Positions 27,211 to 41,509 of a DNA stretch of 64,000 nucleotides are shown one piece after another; within the stretch, counting starts at the first letter, position 1; every line of letters begins with the position of its first letter. The notes beneath the pieces were generated by a model. It worked only from the letters and a program-made list of their open reading frames with translations. It was not told where the DNA came from and did not search any database. This DNA comes from Eledone cirrhosa (taxonomy: Eukaryota). The translations under genes and the position numbers were made by a program. The stretch spans positions 334,304,001 to 334,368,000 of the forward strand of contig OZ024742.1 of the NCBI GenBank assembly GCA_964016885.1, in the 5' to 3' direction.

Positions 27211-29070
27211 TATATATATATTATGCTATATATATATATGTATATATAGCAAGAGAGAGAGAGGGGCGAGAGCGAGAGGAAGGGGAAAAGAGAACGACAC
27301 AGAAAATTACTAATATTGTTAAAAATATAAAATGCTGTGACATTAAGTAGAAGCCCGATAAAAAGATCAAGTCATTGTTATTGGGACACATAATATTCTA
27401 GCTGTTAGCGCTACTTAATATTACACAAGTATCATTTCAGCGATTTACAGAATTATTCAAAATATAACAATTATTACAATCAAATATCATCATAATAATC
27501 AAAATAAACTCTAAGAATTGAAGTTTTCAATTCAGCAAAAACAATTAGTTTTGAATTAGAATTGTCATGGAATTAATTTGCTGTGACAACCATTATCAAT
27601 TTTTTCACCGTTTATCGTTTAAACTCACACACATACACATGTAAGAATATATACGTGAATAGAATGTAATTGGTTTTCCGTCCGATCGATGATGATTATT
27701 CAACTGGTTGATCAAGTTAGCGTTCAATACCTGAAATTACAGTATAATTCGATGAGAATTTCATAGACACACGTACCACAAACCGAATCATCGTGGCACA
27801 GTGTGACAAGGTATTACATTTAAACTATAGATAGAATCTATCTTATAATCGTTGATTAATATATGCTCACGGTTAATCGTTAAGAAAAAAAAATGTATGG
27901 TACTTTGAGAGACAAGCTTTCACATTTGAATGGTAAATAAAATATATGTCCATCATATTTCACTTACAAAGCTTGCGTCAACATTGCGGTACGGAAAAAG
28001 TGACATGACGACGGTGTAGATACATTAAATCGAATCAATGTGAAGTGAACTTTTAAAAACTGCGTGCATGCTGAAGACATAATATTTACACATATACACA
28101 ATATCAATAGTGCAAACTGATTAGAGCAGTATCTCCATTTTTCTCTACAAATGGAAAGCTTCATAAAGAAAATCAGAATATAAATCAACAGGTTGTTCAA
28201 CCAAAGTAATAATCTAAACCAAGAAATATTACATACACAAATACAATACATAGACCAAATACTGCACCTATTAAAATTAATCAAATCATACATATATGAA
28301 TCATACCAGCTATAAAATAAATGAATGGCAATGTAAAAATAATGCATTCCATACCAACCATAAAGTAACACCAAATCACATACACAAAAACATTAAAACT
28401 AATAATCTGATCAATAACAAACCGCATTTAAAACAGCAAATAAGCTACTAATGCACACAGTGATTTATAAATTTTACTTAAACGTGAATGTTATAAACTT
28501 CAAAACACCTATCATATTGACCATGTATTTACGATACTTTCCCGATTTTTAATAAACTCTTAGAACAGGTAGTAATTGTAAAGCACTGCATGACACAAGG
28601 ATGGGTGAGGGTATGGCTACTAAAGAGTTGTTTTAATTCGAAACTATGTGATTTTAGGTCCAATTCCAGCATATCTGACCTTGAAAAGTTTACTTTTATA
28701 ATAATTTCGTGTCAACCAATTGTTTGTAAGTAAAATTTGTGAGACTAAATTGACTTTATGGCAGATGAAGTAACATGCTATCAATTAACTATTTAAATTC
28801 CATTAGTCATATCAAGCAAAATACCAATAACTCCCGACTATTTTAAGGCTTAATAATCTTTTCAACCAGGAGATGAGATTATGAAAAGTGACAAAAGGGG
28901 ATTATGGGGAATGTGAGAACATTTATTCTCAAAACATCTTCTCAAGAACCACAAAGATAAACAAGAAAGACATCAATAAACAAGACAGCTTTGAACTTTA
29001 TAACTTGTGAAATTCATATATAGATATACATATGTACGTGAGTATGGTATGTGTGTGTGTGCGCGTGCGC

Positions 29071-29103
<33 letters not shown>

Positions 29104-29108
29104 ATAGG

Positions 29109-29532
29109 ATTTCGCTTCAGGCATAACTTTATAAAATATGTATAGAAATTTCATATTTCGAAAGAAATACGATTTTAGGAAGCCGTAGCTATGCGAACAC
29201 CGGGGGGGGGGGGGGTGCTAACGCCCTCCGGTGTTGTCCAGCAGAAGCAAGGGGAGCAACAGGCGTGACTGGCCATCATCAGGACGATCCCTCCTACTGC
29301 TCTGCGACTGCTGGACTTGAAAACAGCCGATAATATATAGTTTTCTCGTCTGTGTAAATGAGGTGATTAATCTCATTTGCATATGAAGCTGCATAAGTTG
29401 GCTCAACTTATAATAGAAAAGAAATAAGATTTCGCTTCAACCATAGTTTCATACAATATGTATAGAAATTTCGTATTTCATTCGAAATACGATTTTAGGA
29501 AGCCGGGGGGGGGGGGGGGGGTAACGCCCCCT
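29109..29532. repeat. Diverged ~110-bp direct repeat ending in G-runs (29109-29230 and 29429-29532)
   Basis: gatttcgcttca..gaaatacgattttaggaagccg..(g)n..taacgccc occurs twice. Confidence 0.75.
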
Positions 29533-29983
29533 GATTTGTGTGTGTATCAATCAGAAATAACAAAGCAAACGACACGGTACAATGAAAACTTATATTAGTT
29601 TAAAGCTTGATTGATAGAAAAGTGTTTTCACGTTTTGGACACTAGTCCTTCATCGGAAGATAGGATGAGAAATAAGATGAATTAGAAAGATAGAGATTGA
29701 AAGGAGGAGGGAACGGGGGGAAATGATGGAAAATCACGCCTGTGAAGAAATTTACTATGGATTCAGTTTGACACGTTGATCCATAATGTGTGAAGAAAGC
29801 TTTGAATATAAATAAACAACAATCCGGTTTTTAAACCAACTAAGTGGAAACTTGTAATAAACTGGAGTGAAAACTAACAGGTGCATGTGTTTTTATTGGC
29901 ACCATGACCCTCCCAAATTATAACAATATCTGTTTCAAGACACGTTTTCAGATAAGGAATCTTGCAAAACAAATACAAAACGA

Positions 29984-30189
29984 AGTGTGAGAAAAACCAC
30001 AGACCCTCCATCTCAACTCACCTTTTGAAAAGCAGAAGAACTACGAATCCGGTAAAGGAACCAAATAAATATATATATTTTAAAAAAAAATAAGACTCCA
30101 GTTGCATTTTCGATTTCATCTCTTTTTCTTTATACTTTCACTCGTGTAGGACATCTCGGTTATTTTTCATTTTGTAAAAAAAAACCCAC

Positions 30190-30197
<8 letters not shown>
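29984..30197 (+). mobile_element. Solo PLE pLTR (~210 bp) with mutated U3:A8 hammerhead at 30021-30058
   Basis: Homologous end-to-end to 48900-49106; cctt-TTGAAAA-gcagaagaactac-GAAT-ccgg-TA-aagg; ends in (TA)n. Confidence 0.78.
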
Positions 30198-30280
<83 letters not shown>

Positions 30281-30304
30281 AATATATATATATATAAATA
30301 TATG

Positions 30305-30361
<57 letters not shown>

Positions 30362-33300
30362 ATATATGTGTGTGTGTGTATGTATGTGTGTATGTGTGTA
30401 TGTGTGTGTGTGTATCTTTGTGCGTGTGTGTATGTGTGTTGGTGTGTGTATGTGTGTATGTGTGTGTGTGTCGGTGTATGTGTGTGAGTGTGTTACTGTT
30501 TGGGTGTGTGTATGTATGTGTGTGTGTGTGTGTATTATGTATTTATATATGTATGTACCTATCGGTGATCGCTACAGTATGTCATTCGAATCTTCACTGT
30601 CACAGGTTTATATTTGTATGTATTATTTCCTTTTTCTTACACATTCAAATTAATCTCATCACCTGAAGACAACAAACAGATATTCTTTTATAAAATGAGA
30701 GTGGATAACACCAATTATACGACTAGATAACGTTTACTTATTGTAGAACTTGATTCCCTATATAACTCCCACCCTCTAATAATAACGACTTGTCTTTGTC
30801 TGTGTTAGTTGCATGGTGGTATTGATGGTGATGTTGAAGTTAGTATCCATGCTTCGATGAAAGGAGACTAAATACTTACTTCAGTTGATATCTTATAAAA
30901 AGCCATCAGTCAGACTTCCCGACACGGAAAGAATAGACTCAGTAAAAATAAGGATTCAAAAATAAAGAAAGAAAATGAAAAATTGATAGAATAAAAAATA
31001 AATGAAAAACCAAGACACTAATTAAATTAGTAAATAATAGTCCTCGACAAAATATCTTTCCTCTCCAATTCAAGTGATTCCTATGTTGTATTCTAGACAT
31101 TTTAGTGCAAAGTCTGATTGGTAGCCAATTAGATATAAGTACAAATTTGTGGCCTTTTATTCCAATATAAGTAGCTATATATATATTAATACTTATAGCT
31201 TGTTACTGTCCACGGCCGTATCGACAAAAGAAAGAAAAGCTATTTTGTGCAATCGCTTTTTCTTATTTTATATATTTGCCTTTCCATCTAATGACAATTT
31301 CCTGTCCCGGACAACGATACGAATTATATAAATCTGATCCAAAGAGGGAGCCTCTACATACTCCATCATTTAAGTCAAGCATGGGCTACCTTTTTCAAGA
31401 AGCGGGCTGCAAGCACTAATTTACAATCGTGCCCACATTAAAAAGAAGGGCGGTAACTCAGGTTGTTTTGATTTGTTTCTTCAGTATTCGTACATGTTGT
31501 TTTCCTCGATCGTAAAAATGATAGAAAGATAAATTACAACTGAAAAGTTGGGGTAAAAAAAAATCAGAAAGATTTCACTTAGGTGACATAGGTGAGCCAT
31601 TCAGAAAGCTTCGCGGGCCGCAGATTGCCCATAACTGATTTAAGTAATAGACGTTAAATGTCCCTCCAAAACACCCCTACTATTTAAGAAAGAGGGAAAA
31701 TTTAAATACTGTGGTCATACACTAAAAAATCAAGTGGAAGTGTCACGTCCTAAACGTCCTTATTATACTTTTATTTGTAAAGACTTAACTTAGACCACAG
31801 AAACAGCAGTATGACAAGCAAAACGAAACTAACGATAGAACTATTTTAAATAATTACTCGATGTGCTACTGATATTATACGAACCTGTCAATTACGAAAG
31901 ATCTCATATTAAATAGTATTAACTTTAAACTAGAAATCGGGTGATTTCAAATTATTGTTCCGACCAAGATGTAGTCTTCCCTTTGATAAGTGTTTTACTA
32001 CTCTGCTACTTTCTATTAAGTATGTGTGTAAGTTTCTTTCTAACTATCGATTTGCGGCGCTTTGATTTCTGAATTCAAATCATGCAATCACTGATGTTGT
32101 AAACTGAACTCTGATTAACAATATCATCTTGCTCTTTTGTGCGATAGAATCATACACACATACATACAAACATATATATGTATGTGCCTGCGCGTGTTTG
32201 TATAGGTATGTATCTCTCTCTCTCTCTCTACTATATATATATATATATATGGGAAGGTGTGTGTATGTATACACAATGAAAGAGAACCAGTAGGAAAAAC
32301 AACGGGCGATAGTGGGGGTAGTTAATAAAATATGATATGAAGAAAGAGAGTGAGAAGTTGATAGAGACAGAGAAACCGACAGATACAGGGAGATAGATGT
32401 AGCAAGAGTTGAGGAATCTAAGCATAACATTTAACAATGTTCATGGAACATCAAGAGTCATTTTAAATATTTGACACAATGAGAAATATATATTTCTATA
32501 GACAAATTAAAACATTCAATTTGAAACCAAAACATTATTTATAAATTTTAATTTCATTTTCTCTTTTATTTTTTACACCATATCAGGATCAATCAAATGA
32601 TAATTAAATTAGTATATTTTTTTTAACTTTTTAGTTAACCTAAACAATAAGCGGAAATGTTGAATATTAATCATTGTCACGCACAATAATTGTTTCTAAA
32701 TAGAAGATGTATTGCTATGTGTTTAAGACGTTTGTTTCGCAACTTCGTTATTTTCGGCTCCATCGGATTCGATGTCGTCGTGGGCAATTGTTTTCTACTA
32801 CACTCACTCGTCGATCAACGCCTTGTGAGTAGAATTTGGGCCAAATATCCGGTTTCAAGAAAACTTGCTTCTTTCCTTTTACCAATCTTGACACTGTCTT
32901 ACCTCTCCTAAATACACAACAAAATTTAGAATGAGTTTTTTTTATATATCTTTTATAAATCTGTAAATGATTGTTCTTGCTGATATTTTTATTGTTACCG
33001 CTGAAATTGTTTATCTTTGATATCAGATAGCCTTGTGAAAACAGACATATGTTACAAGTCAGTCCAGTTATGGTGAACGAACCTCCTTGTATCCGATGAA
33101 TTACATTTGTCTAGTATTTTCATTCCATTTACAAGACGATCATATTTTATTTGAAGGAGATCTAGTAAATATTTCTTAGTGGTCTAAAGGTAGACTTGCT
33201 GCAGCCTAGCTGATTCCTCCATTAAGAACGTAACGAAATAGCTCCAAGAATCAACAGAACGAAGACCATATTGAAATGTCAAACGAGTAGATTGAAAATG

Positions 33301-34195
33301 GCTGATGTCTCTGTGTATAAGAATTGTCAGTTTGGGAATTTAGGTTCATTTCAGAATTAGAATAAATTTATTGACCCTGGAGAAAAAGGAATAATCTACC
33401 ATGTCGTTCAACAGTTTCGTTGGAGAGAGAATGCTATATCTCAGTTTTGAACATTTTCTACTCAATGGACGCTCACAAATATCTGTAGTAGTCGCAAGTG
33501 GCTTTACATTTTATTGTATTATATTCTTACTGGAACTGAACTCCGTTTCTACATCCTATCCACCATGAACTGTGAACTAATATTGCGTAGGTGGCATATA
33601 ATATGAAACTGAATTGTATGATATTGCAGATTATATATAGCTGTTAATAAAAGGTGAATTGGCAGAGTTGTTAAAACGTCTAGATATCTTTGCAGTATTC
33701 GTCCCAATTCCCAGCTCACCAATTTCAATTACCGCCGTGGTTGAATTCCTTTCATCCTTTGGCCCTTAGTAAATAGCAACCCAGTACTGGCGTTGCTGGT
33801 TCCTTTTCGTTCTCCCCCCCCCTCCCCCCACACACACTCTTCTCTTTATATTTCTAACAGATGAATGGAGACGTTATTTTTTTGAACGAGCAGATCTAAG
33901 ATGAAATCCTTCGTGCTAGAATCTACCCTGCTGAAATTATATACGACTGTCACAAAACATGTCCTAATTTAAAGAAGCAAAGTCTGATTTGATGGCTATT
34001 TCTAGCAGGTCAATACTCAGGAATTACTCCCTTGAGTTACATAAGTAGTATAAGTAGTAAAACGGTAAATGCAAGGAAAGGAATCGATACAAGTGTAATA
34101 TTACATAAAACACATAGTGACAAGGATAATCAAACGGATATATTCACACATATATTATCCATCCATCCCCTCTCTGTCTCTCTTTCTTTCTCTCA

Positions 34196-34287
<92 letters not shown>

Positions 34288-34632
34288 CTTCCTCTCTCTC
34301 TCTCGATATCTATTTATCTATCAGTCTGTCTGTCATTAAAAGCCTAATGAAAAGAACTTATGTGAAGAGGAAAGACTAAGCATTAGAGGAATAAAACAAT
34401 ATTATTTCAGTCATTTCGGCCACCAGTATGGGTGATAATCCTGGGCATGCGACGCTATTGTTTGATTTCTTCATGGACGCTGAGACTTCACCCACCGCAT
34501 TTGCCGAATGAGGGATAAGAGGTTCACTAAAATATTGTAGAGGAGTGTGTTGGGTCTTCACTACTATTAAAGTATTCTTCCTTGATTCCTAGTATGCAGA
34601 GCTTATAGAAGCACATTATTGACACTGGGAAG

Positions 34633-34820
34633 GGTGGTGGATTGGCAGTATCGGTAGAGGGACGGACGCCATTTTTTGCACAAAAGAGTTACGGCCCTTT
34701 ATGGTCTGTGTTCAAATCCCACAGAGGTAACTTTTCCTTTCATCCTTATGGGGTCGATAAAATAAAGTACCAGTATTACACTGGGATAATTTCTGGTCTT
34801 GTGCCAAAAGTAGAAACATT
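34633..34820 (+). mobile_element. Meta-domain tRNA-SINE
   Basis: Full-length match to the other copies in the window. Confidence 0.88.
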
Positions 34821-35104
34821 TATTGACACTTGAAAGACCACACTTTTATACGAATGTGTTTAGATAAATGAATTATAACATTTCTGTGGTCAATGAATAA
34901 ACTGCTAAATATCTCTGCCCCGTAGCAGCGTTTTGGGAATATCCAACGTGGTGGAGAGGGTCATATAGTGTTCCTTTGCCATAATCTTCCATAGGTGAAT
35001 ATGGAATGTGTTGTGTACAGTGCAGGCTTTGTAATTTTCTTCGTATGGCTAATGCAAGAGTTATTAAAAAAATGTTTCCTCAGCTTACTAATCTGTATAT
35101 TGAA

Positions 35105-35291
35105 ATAATTGTTTCTGCTTTTGGCACAAGGTCAGCAATTACACAGTAAATTACTGGTACTTTATTTTATCGACCCCGTAAGGATGAAAGGCAAAGTTAA
35201 CCTCGGCGGGATTTGAACTCAGATCGTAAAGGGATGTAACTATGCTGCAAAGCATGGCGTCCGACTCTCTACCGATACTGCCATTTCACCG
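35105..35291 (-). mobile_element. Meta-domain tRNA-SINE
   Basis: Full-length reverse-complement copy. Confidence 0.88.
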
Positions 35292-35468
35292 CTAATATTA
35301 ATTCAAGAGCTAACTAAGGGCGTTAAATACATAGGAGTCGTTTCTGTAGAGACACCCTAGAAATAAAAAATAAATTTACGGCGGGCTTTCACATGATTTA
35401 CGTTTGCAAACAATTATTCACACCATGGAAGACATATGCCTAACGCGCCCCTCAGCGAGATCCAAGCA

Positions 35469-35584
<116 letters not shown>

Positions 35585-35588
35585 AAAA

Positions 35589-35790
35589 TATTACCCACTC
35601 TACTTACCCAAGAATCCAGTACGCTGTTGAGTAATGGTCCAACTGGTGTTTACCGCTTCCATTCTGTTATATACATATAGGAAAAGAGTCAGGAACCCGA
35701 CGGCTGAGATTCGGCCGTTTCGACCCTAAATATCGAGTACTTTGGTGCGTTATGGGGCCCCTGATATCTTGCAACACCTTGTTTGTTCTC
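35589..35790. mobile_element. Fragments of PLE tail and HHR stem III related to the 16187/16492 family
   Basis: attacccactctact.., gagtactttggtgcgttatgg and inverted ccgacggctgaga..gccgtttcga are shared with 16187-16406. Confidence 0.65.
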
Positions 35791-36565
35791 TCTCTATATA
35801 TAAGGGTTGTTTGCCTTACAGTTAACCTTTTGTCATTTCATTTGCTATCGAAACGGTAAAAGTTTAAGCCGTTTAATATTTTACATTATACTGTCCTCGA
35901 ATATAGAAAATTATCTTGAATCATAATCTAACTGGACCTAACTGGTAACACCTAATTTTAACAATCACAAAATAAGTGAGATTGTACATTTGCCTGATAT
36001 TAATTTAAAACGAATATGTATAGTATCGATCAAGTTGTCTTGACTAGGTATCATTCATAATGAAATGTCTTCTACAAAAGTACAATATGATGCCTAACAC
36101 CTTAACACCAGTTTTGCAAGCCGATTAACACAATTTAACAAATGATTAATTGGTAGATATTTTAGCCAATTAATGTTAAATAGTACTTCATTTGCATTGT
36201 AGATCATGTCTAGAGGGCTGAAGCTTTCGCCCTGAACTTTATGAAATATTATTTGCTATTTACATATAGATGCTAATAATTAATTAGTTTAAGATCTAGT
36301 TTACTTTTTTATGTTCAATAACTTGATTTAGATTTCTCTATATAAAAATGAGTTGATTGGGGCCATATTTTCGGATTAATTATGAACAAATTATTTTATT
36401 ATGTTTTCTGCAATAAAATTCCTAATTTGATTAACAATAAAATAATAAATAATTCAGCTCAGTAATTTGAAGTAAATCTGTGAGTCTCCACGTACACTGT
36501 CGCACCCGCAAGTATTTACAACGAAATGAACTGTGTTTACACAAATAAATATTAACACTGAGGAA

Positions 36566-36646
<81 letters not shown>

Positions 36647-36810
36647 GAAGAAGACGCACGAGGTGACGGAGGTCATGAAATCGCTCCCGTAAGTTTTGAA
36701 TTTTTAACATATTTAAATCATTTGTGAAATAACAACTCTTAGTACAAATGCTACGTAAAGCACCCGGCTTGAGCCCCAAAAAAATTCGGACCCAAAATAT
36801 ATTGTTATAA

Positions 36811-37447
36811 GGCTCAAATATTCAAATATTCAACTTTGTATTGTACACTGTATATCCCCAAAAAAATGGCTATAAATGGAAGAAGAAGAACCCCCCCTCC
36901 TCTCCTCTGGCTACACTATATAGGACAGCTAAACTCACCAACACCAGAAACTAGATACACCACCCACCCCATCATCTGTGTACACTAAACACAACAGCAT
37001 TTTCACCTTCACCGCCACCGCTCACTACGGCCATCATTACCACCACTATCCCATCACCGCCGCCACCACCCCTTGACTCCTTCACTGCTGCTGCCACCGC
37101 TACAGCACCATCACTACAGTAATACGGCTCAAATATTCAAATATTCAACTTTGTATTGTACACTGTATATCCCAAAAAAAATAAAATGGCTATAAATGGA
37201 AGAAGAAGAACCCCCCCCCTCCTCTCCTCTGGCTACACTATATAGGACAGCTAAACTCACCAACACCAGAAACTAGATACACCACCCACCCCATCATCTG
37301 TGTACACTAAACACAACAGCATTTTCACCTTCACCGCCACCGCTCACTACGGCCATCATTACCACCACTATCCCATCACCGCCGCCACCACCCCTTGACT
37401 CCTTCACTGCTGCTGCCACCGCTACAGCACCATCACTACAGTAATAC
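36811..37447. repeat. ~316-bp near-perfect tandem duplication inside the Dong copy-1 leader
   Basis: ggctcaaatattcaaatattcaac..cactacagtaatac starts at 36811 and again at ~37126. Confidence 0.9.
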
Positions 37448-38017
37448 GGTCGCATCACCGCCACCACGCCTCGGTATCGACATCACCACCACCACTGTCT
37501 CAGTATCGCCAACGCCGCCAGTCTCTGCTGGCTACCACTTCCACATTATAGAATACCTACTACTAACAAAGAGGAAGGCATCAAAATATATAGATAGACT
37601 CAAAAGAAAAAAGAAAAAACAAACAACAAAAGCAGCACAGCAACAACAGTAAAAAACGAGAAAAACAGAGAAAAACAAAAACAAAAAAAGAAACCCCCAA
37701 AACGTAAAGAAAATAAGAATGAAGAGAGAAGCAGGCGGACGGACAGAGAAGAGGGGGGAAAAAGTAAAACTTAAAAAACAAAAACTAAGTCAGACATTCG
37801 AATACTACATTACAATGAAACTTATGCTTATTCATTTTTGGGGCCCTTTCTGCCCGTGTGTTTGTTTGTTTATGTGTGTCCGTATACAGCGTGGTGATAA
37901 TGCCACACAAGGGCCAAGTGGGATGGCGGATCCACAGATGACTATGTAAACATACATTCGCCAATCCTCGATAAGAGTGTTTAAATATCGAACATAAACA
38001 GTTCGAATAACGGTGAA

Positions 38018-41000
38018 ATGGAGACTAGAACGTCATGTGACAGACTCTCACCCAACAGGTGCCCCTGGCTCAGCAGCAGGAACCTGACTGTCAACCAAAT
38101 ACTGCTGATGTTGGAGGAAGAAGAAGAAGGAAAGGGGCCAGAACCAACTGGACGAAAGAATTGAATAGAACTGTTATGCAATGCTACCTGAAAAGTAACC
38201 CCAAGGAGAGGGGCTACAGGAGACGGATGCATAACATCTGGAACGAGATTGGTTTATTTAAATTAGATGAACAAAAATTGGCCGGGCAGGCTCGGGTAAT
38301 AAGAACTAATGGGTGGATAAGCGAGCTGGAACTGGAGGAACTGAGCAGAGAGAATGGCTTGGAGATGGCGGGTGTAGTATGCCAGACAAGCGAGCCGGCG
38401 GGAAATGAAGGTGAGGAGGTCCTGAGAACGGAGGAACCACCCGAAGCAGACAATGATCTGAATACTGAGATAAATAATACCTGGAACAGAGATACGGCCA
38501 CTGAGGAGATGAATGCTGACGGGCTAGGACAAGATTCGGTTGACATCCTAAATTTAGTGGTAGATGAGTTGAACAATGATAGTGGGAGACCTATGAACCT
38601 AAGATTTGTAGACAGGAAAAAGTTAAAAGAAACAACAGCTAAGGTAAACAAAGTCATCCCATACCTTGAGGCGAGGAGTCTTCACCAGTGCAACAATATC
38701 CTCAAAGCAACAGCAAATACGGTGAGGAAACTACTTGGTATAAAAGCGAGAGGAAACAACAGACAAGAAAGAGCAGAGCCGTGGTGGAAGAAGCGATTGA
38801 GTGGGCAAATCGGGGAAATGAGAAATGACATAGGAAAGCTTGAGTCACTACTGAATGGGACACTAAAAAACATAGGCACTAAAAATAGACTGGAAATAAA
38901 ATACAAAACTAGGAGTAAAAAGCTAAATATTATCATAGAGGAATTGAAGCAACGCATTGTAGCAAAGAGTGCCAAAATCAGGCGATACGAGAACAGAGTC
39001 AGTCAGTATAAACAGAACCGCATGTTCGACAACAACCAGAAGATGCTGTTTGGACAGCTTGAGGGGAAAGAAAGAGGCAACGACTTGATCCCTGGGGCGG
39101 AACAAGTTAAAACATTCTGGAGAGGAATATGGGAGCAGGATGTTAGACACAATGCCCAGGCAGGGTGGATTGAGACAGTACAGAGGGAGATCGGTGAGCA
39201 GGCACAGCAACAGACTGATTTGAGTATCACAGTTGAAACTCTTAAGGGGCAAGCCAAAAAACTAACCAACTGGAAATCACCAGGCCCAGATGGTGTGCAG
39301 GGGTATTGGATTAGACATTTAACATCCCTCCACCCGAAGCTGACGGCCATGTTCAATGACTGCTTGGTGTCGGGTGAGGTGCCAGAGTGGTTGACAAAAG
39401 GTACCACAGTTCTGATAATGAAAGACCGAATCAAGGGTAATGATGTTACCAACTATAGACCTATCACATGTCTGCCCGTAATGTGGAAACTGTTGACGAG
39501 CATTGTGTCTGAGGAAATCTACCATCACCTCCACACAAACAACATGTTGCCGGACGAACAGAAAGGATGCCGAAAGAAGTCACGTGGTACAAAGGACCAG
39601 TTGCTTATTGATAAGATGGTAATGGGGAATTGCAGGAGGAGACACACTGATCTTGCCATGGGATGGATAGACTACAGAAAGGCATTTGACATGGTGCCTC
39701 ATTCCTGGATCACCAAAAGCCTGGAGATCTTCAGGGTGGCAGATAACATCAGACAGTTGCTGGGCAGGAGTATGGGGTCCTGGGAGACAGAGTTGACATC
39801 AACTGGAGAATCCTTGGGAAGCGTGAAGATCAAGAGAGGTATCTTCCAGGGAGATAGCCTGTCCCCTCTGTTGTTTGTCCTTGCCCTGATGCCCTTGACC
39901 ATTATGCTGCGAAAAGTGAGAGCAGGATACAAGTTGGGAAGGGGAGAGCTTACCATCAATCACCTCCTCTTCATGGACGATCTTAAGCTCTTCGGGAAAA
40001 GTGAGAAGGAGTTGGATGTGCTTGTTGACACTGTCCGTATTTTCAGCAGTGATATATGTATGCAGTTTGGTATTGGTAAATGTGGAGTCATTGTGATGAG
40101 GAGGGGTAGGTTGAGCAGAAGTAACGGGATCCAGATACCAACAGGTGAGATGATAAAGGAAATTGACTCTGAGGAAGGATACAAGTATTTGGGCGTTCTG
40201 GAGGCTGATGGCATAAAGAACAAAAAAATGAAGGAATTGTTAAGAACTGAATACATTCGGAGAGTAAGGAGCGTATTGAAGTCACATCTGAACAGCAGAA
40301 ATGCCATAAGCGCAGTAAATTCCCGAGCTGTGTCTATTATTAGGTACAGTGCGGGAATTCTGAGATGGAATGTTGCTGAACAAAAAGAAATGGATAGGAA
40401 GACTAGGAAGCTATTGACTATCTACAACATGTTCCACAAGAGGAGTGATGTCGATAGACTCTACCTAAGGAGATCTGAGGGTGGAAGAGGTCTTATCAGC
40501 ATAGAGGACTGTGTTCAGATGGAGAAAAACAACCTATACAAATACGTGACCTATAGTAAGGAGCCAATGCTCAGAGCTGTAGGAGGGGACAGTAGGCCAG
40601 GGGATACCCAAGGAGGAAATAACATCAAGGAGGAAGAGCAGCCTTAAGGGAAAATCCCTTCATAGTACCTTCTTTGAGAAAACTGAATTTAGAGATCCAC
40701 AGACATGGAACTGGTTGAGAAGAGGAGACCTCAAAAAGGCTACAGAAGGAATGCTAATGGCTGCGCAGGAGCAGGCCCTCAAAACGAAGTGGTTGAAGCA
40801 CCATATCTACAAGGAGGAGGCTAGCCCACTGTGCAGGATCTGTGGAGAGAGAGAGGAGACTGTGGCTCACATTGTGTCCGAGTGTAAACACCTAGCCCAG
40901 ACCCATTATAAGGGCTGGAGACACGATGTGATGGGCAGGGTGATCCACTGGCACCTGTGCAAAGTAAACAATCTACCACATTCTGAGAAATGGTATGAGC

Positions 41001-41404
41001 ATAGGCCAGAGGCGGTGATAGAGAACAGTCAGGTGAAGGTGCTGTGGGATTTTAGGATACAGACGGACAAAAAACTGGAACACAATAGACCTGACCTGGT
41101 GGTTGTGGACAAAGAAAAAAGATCGTGCCTGATTGTGGATGTGGCCTGCCCGTTCGACACGAGAGTGCAAGAGAAGGAGAGGGAGAAAATTAACCGATAC
41201 CAGGACCTAAAGTGGGAGGTGAAAAGGATTTGGAACTGCCATGAAGTCAAAGTGATCCCGATTGTCATAGGCGCACTGGGGACTATCTCCAAAGGTTTCC
41301 AGGGATGGTTAAAGAAAATCGGCCCCTTCACGCTTTTTGGAACGCTTCAAAAGGCATGCTTGCTTGGAACGGCAAGAACCCTCCGATACGTCCTGAATAT
41401 CTGA
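38018..41404 (+). pseudogene. RT - CCHC zinc knuckle - restriction-like endonuclease polyprotein, two frameshifts
   Basis: [75 protein letters not shown]. Relative to copy 2: 1-bp deletion near 38062 and 5-bp deletion near 40580. Confidence 0.92.
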
Positions 41405-41509
41405 GGCTGCAGGTAGTGGCTTGATATTCAATCCAACGGACTTTCCAGTTAACCAACATCAATGACTGAGATTCAAGGAATAACAATAACAATAATAATA
41501 ATAATAATA

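Larger units (their letters stand above)
36646..41478 (+). mobile_element. R4/Dong-clade non-LTR retrotransposon, copy 1 (including ~1.35-kb leader)
   Basis: Starts after (TAA)n, ends ..gagattcaagga before (TAA)n; single RT + CCHC + RLE ORF. Dong elements are known (TAA)n-targeting RLE LINEs. Confidence 0.88.

Noticed and set aside
31595-31645. gcgggccgcagattgcccataactg, resembling a hAT-MITE terminus
   Set aside because: No matching opposite terminus or TSD located.
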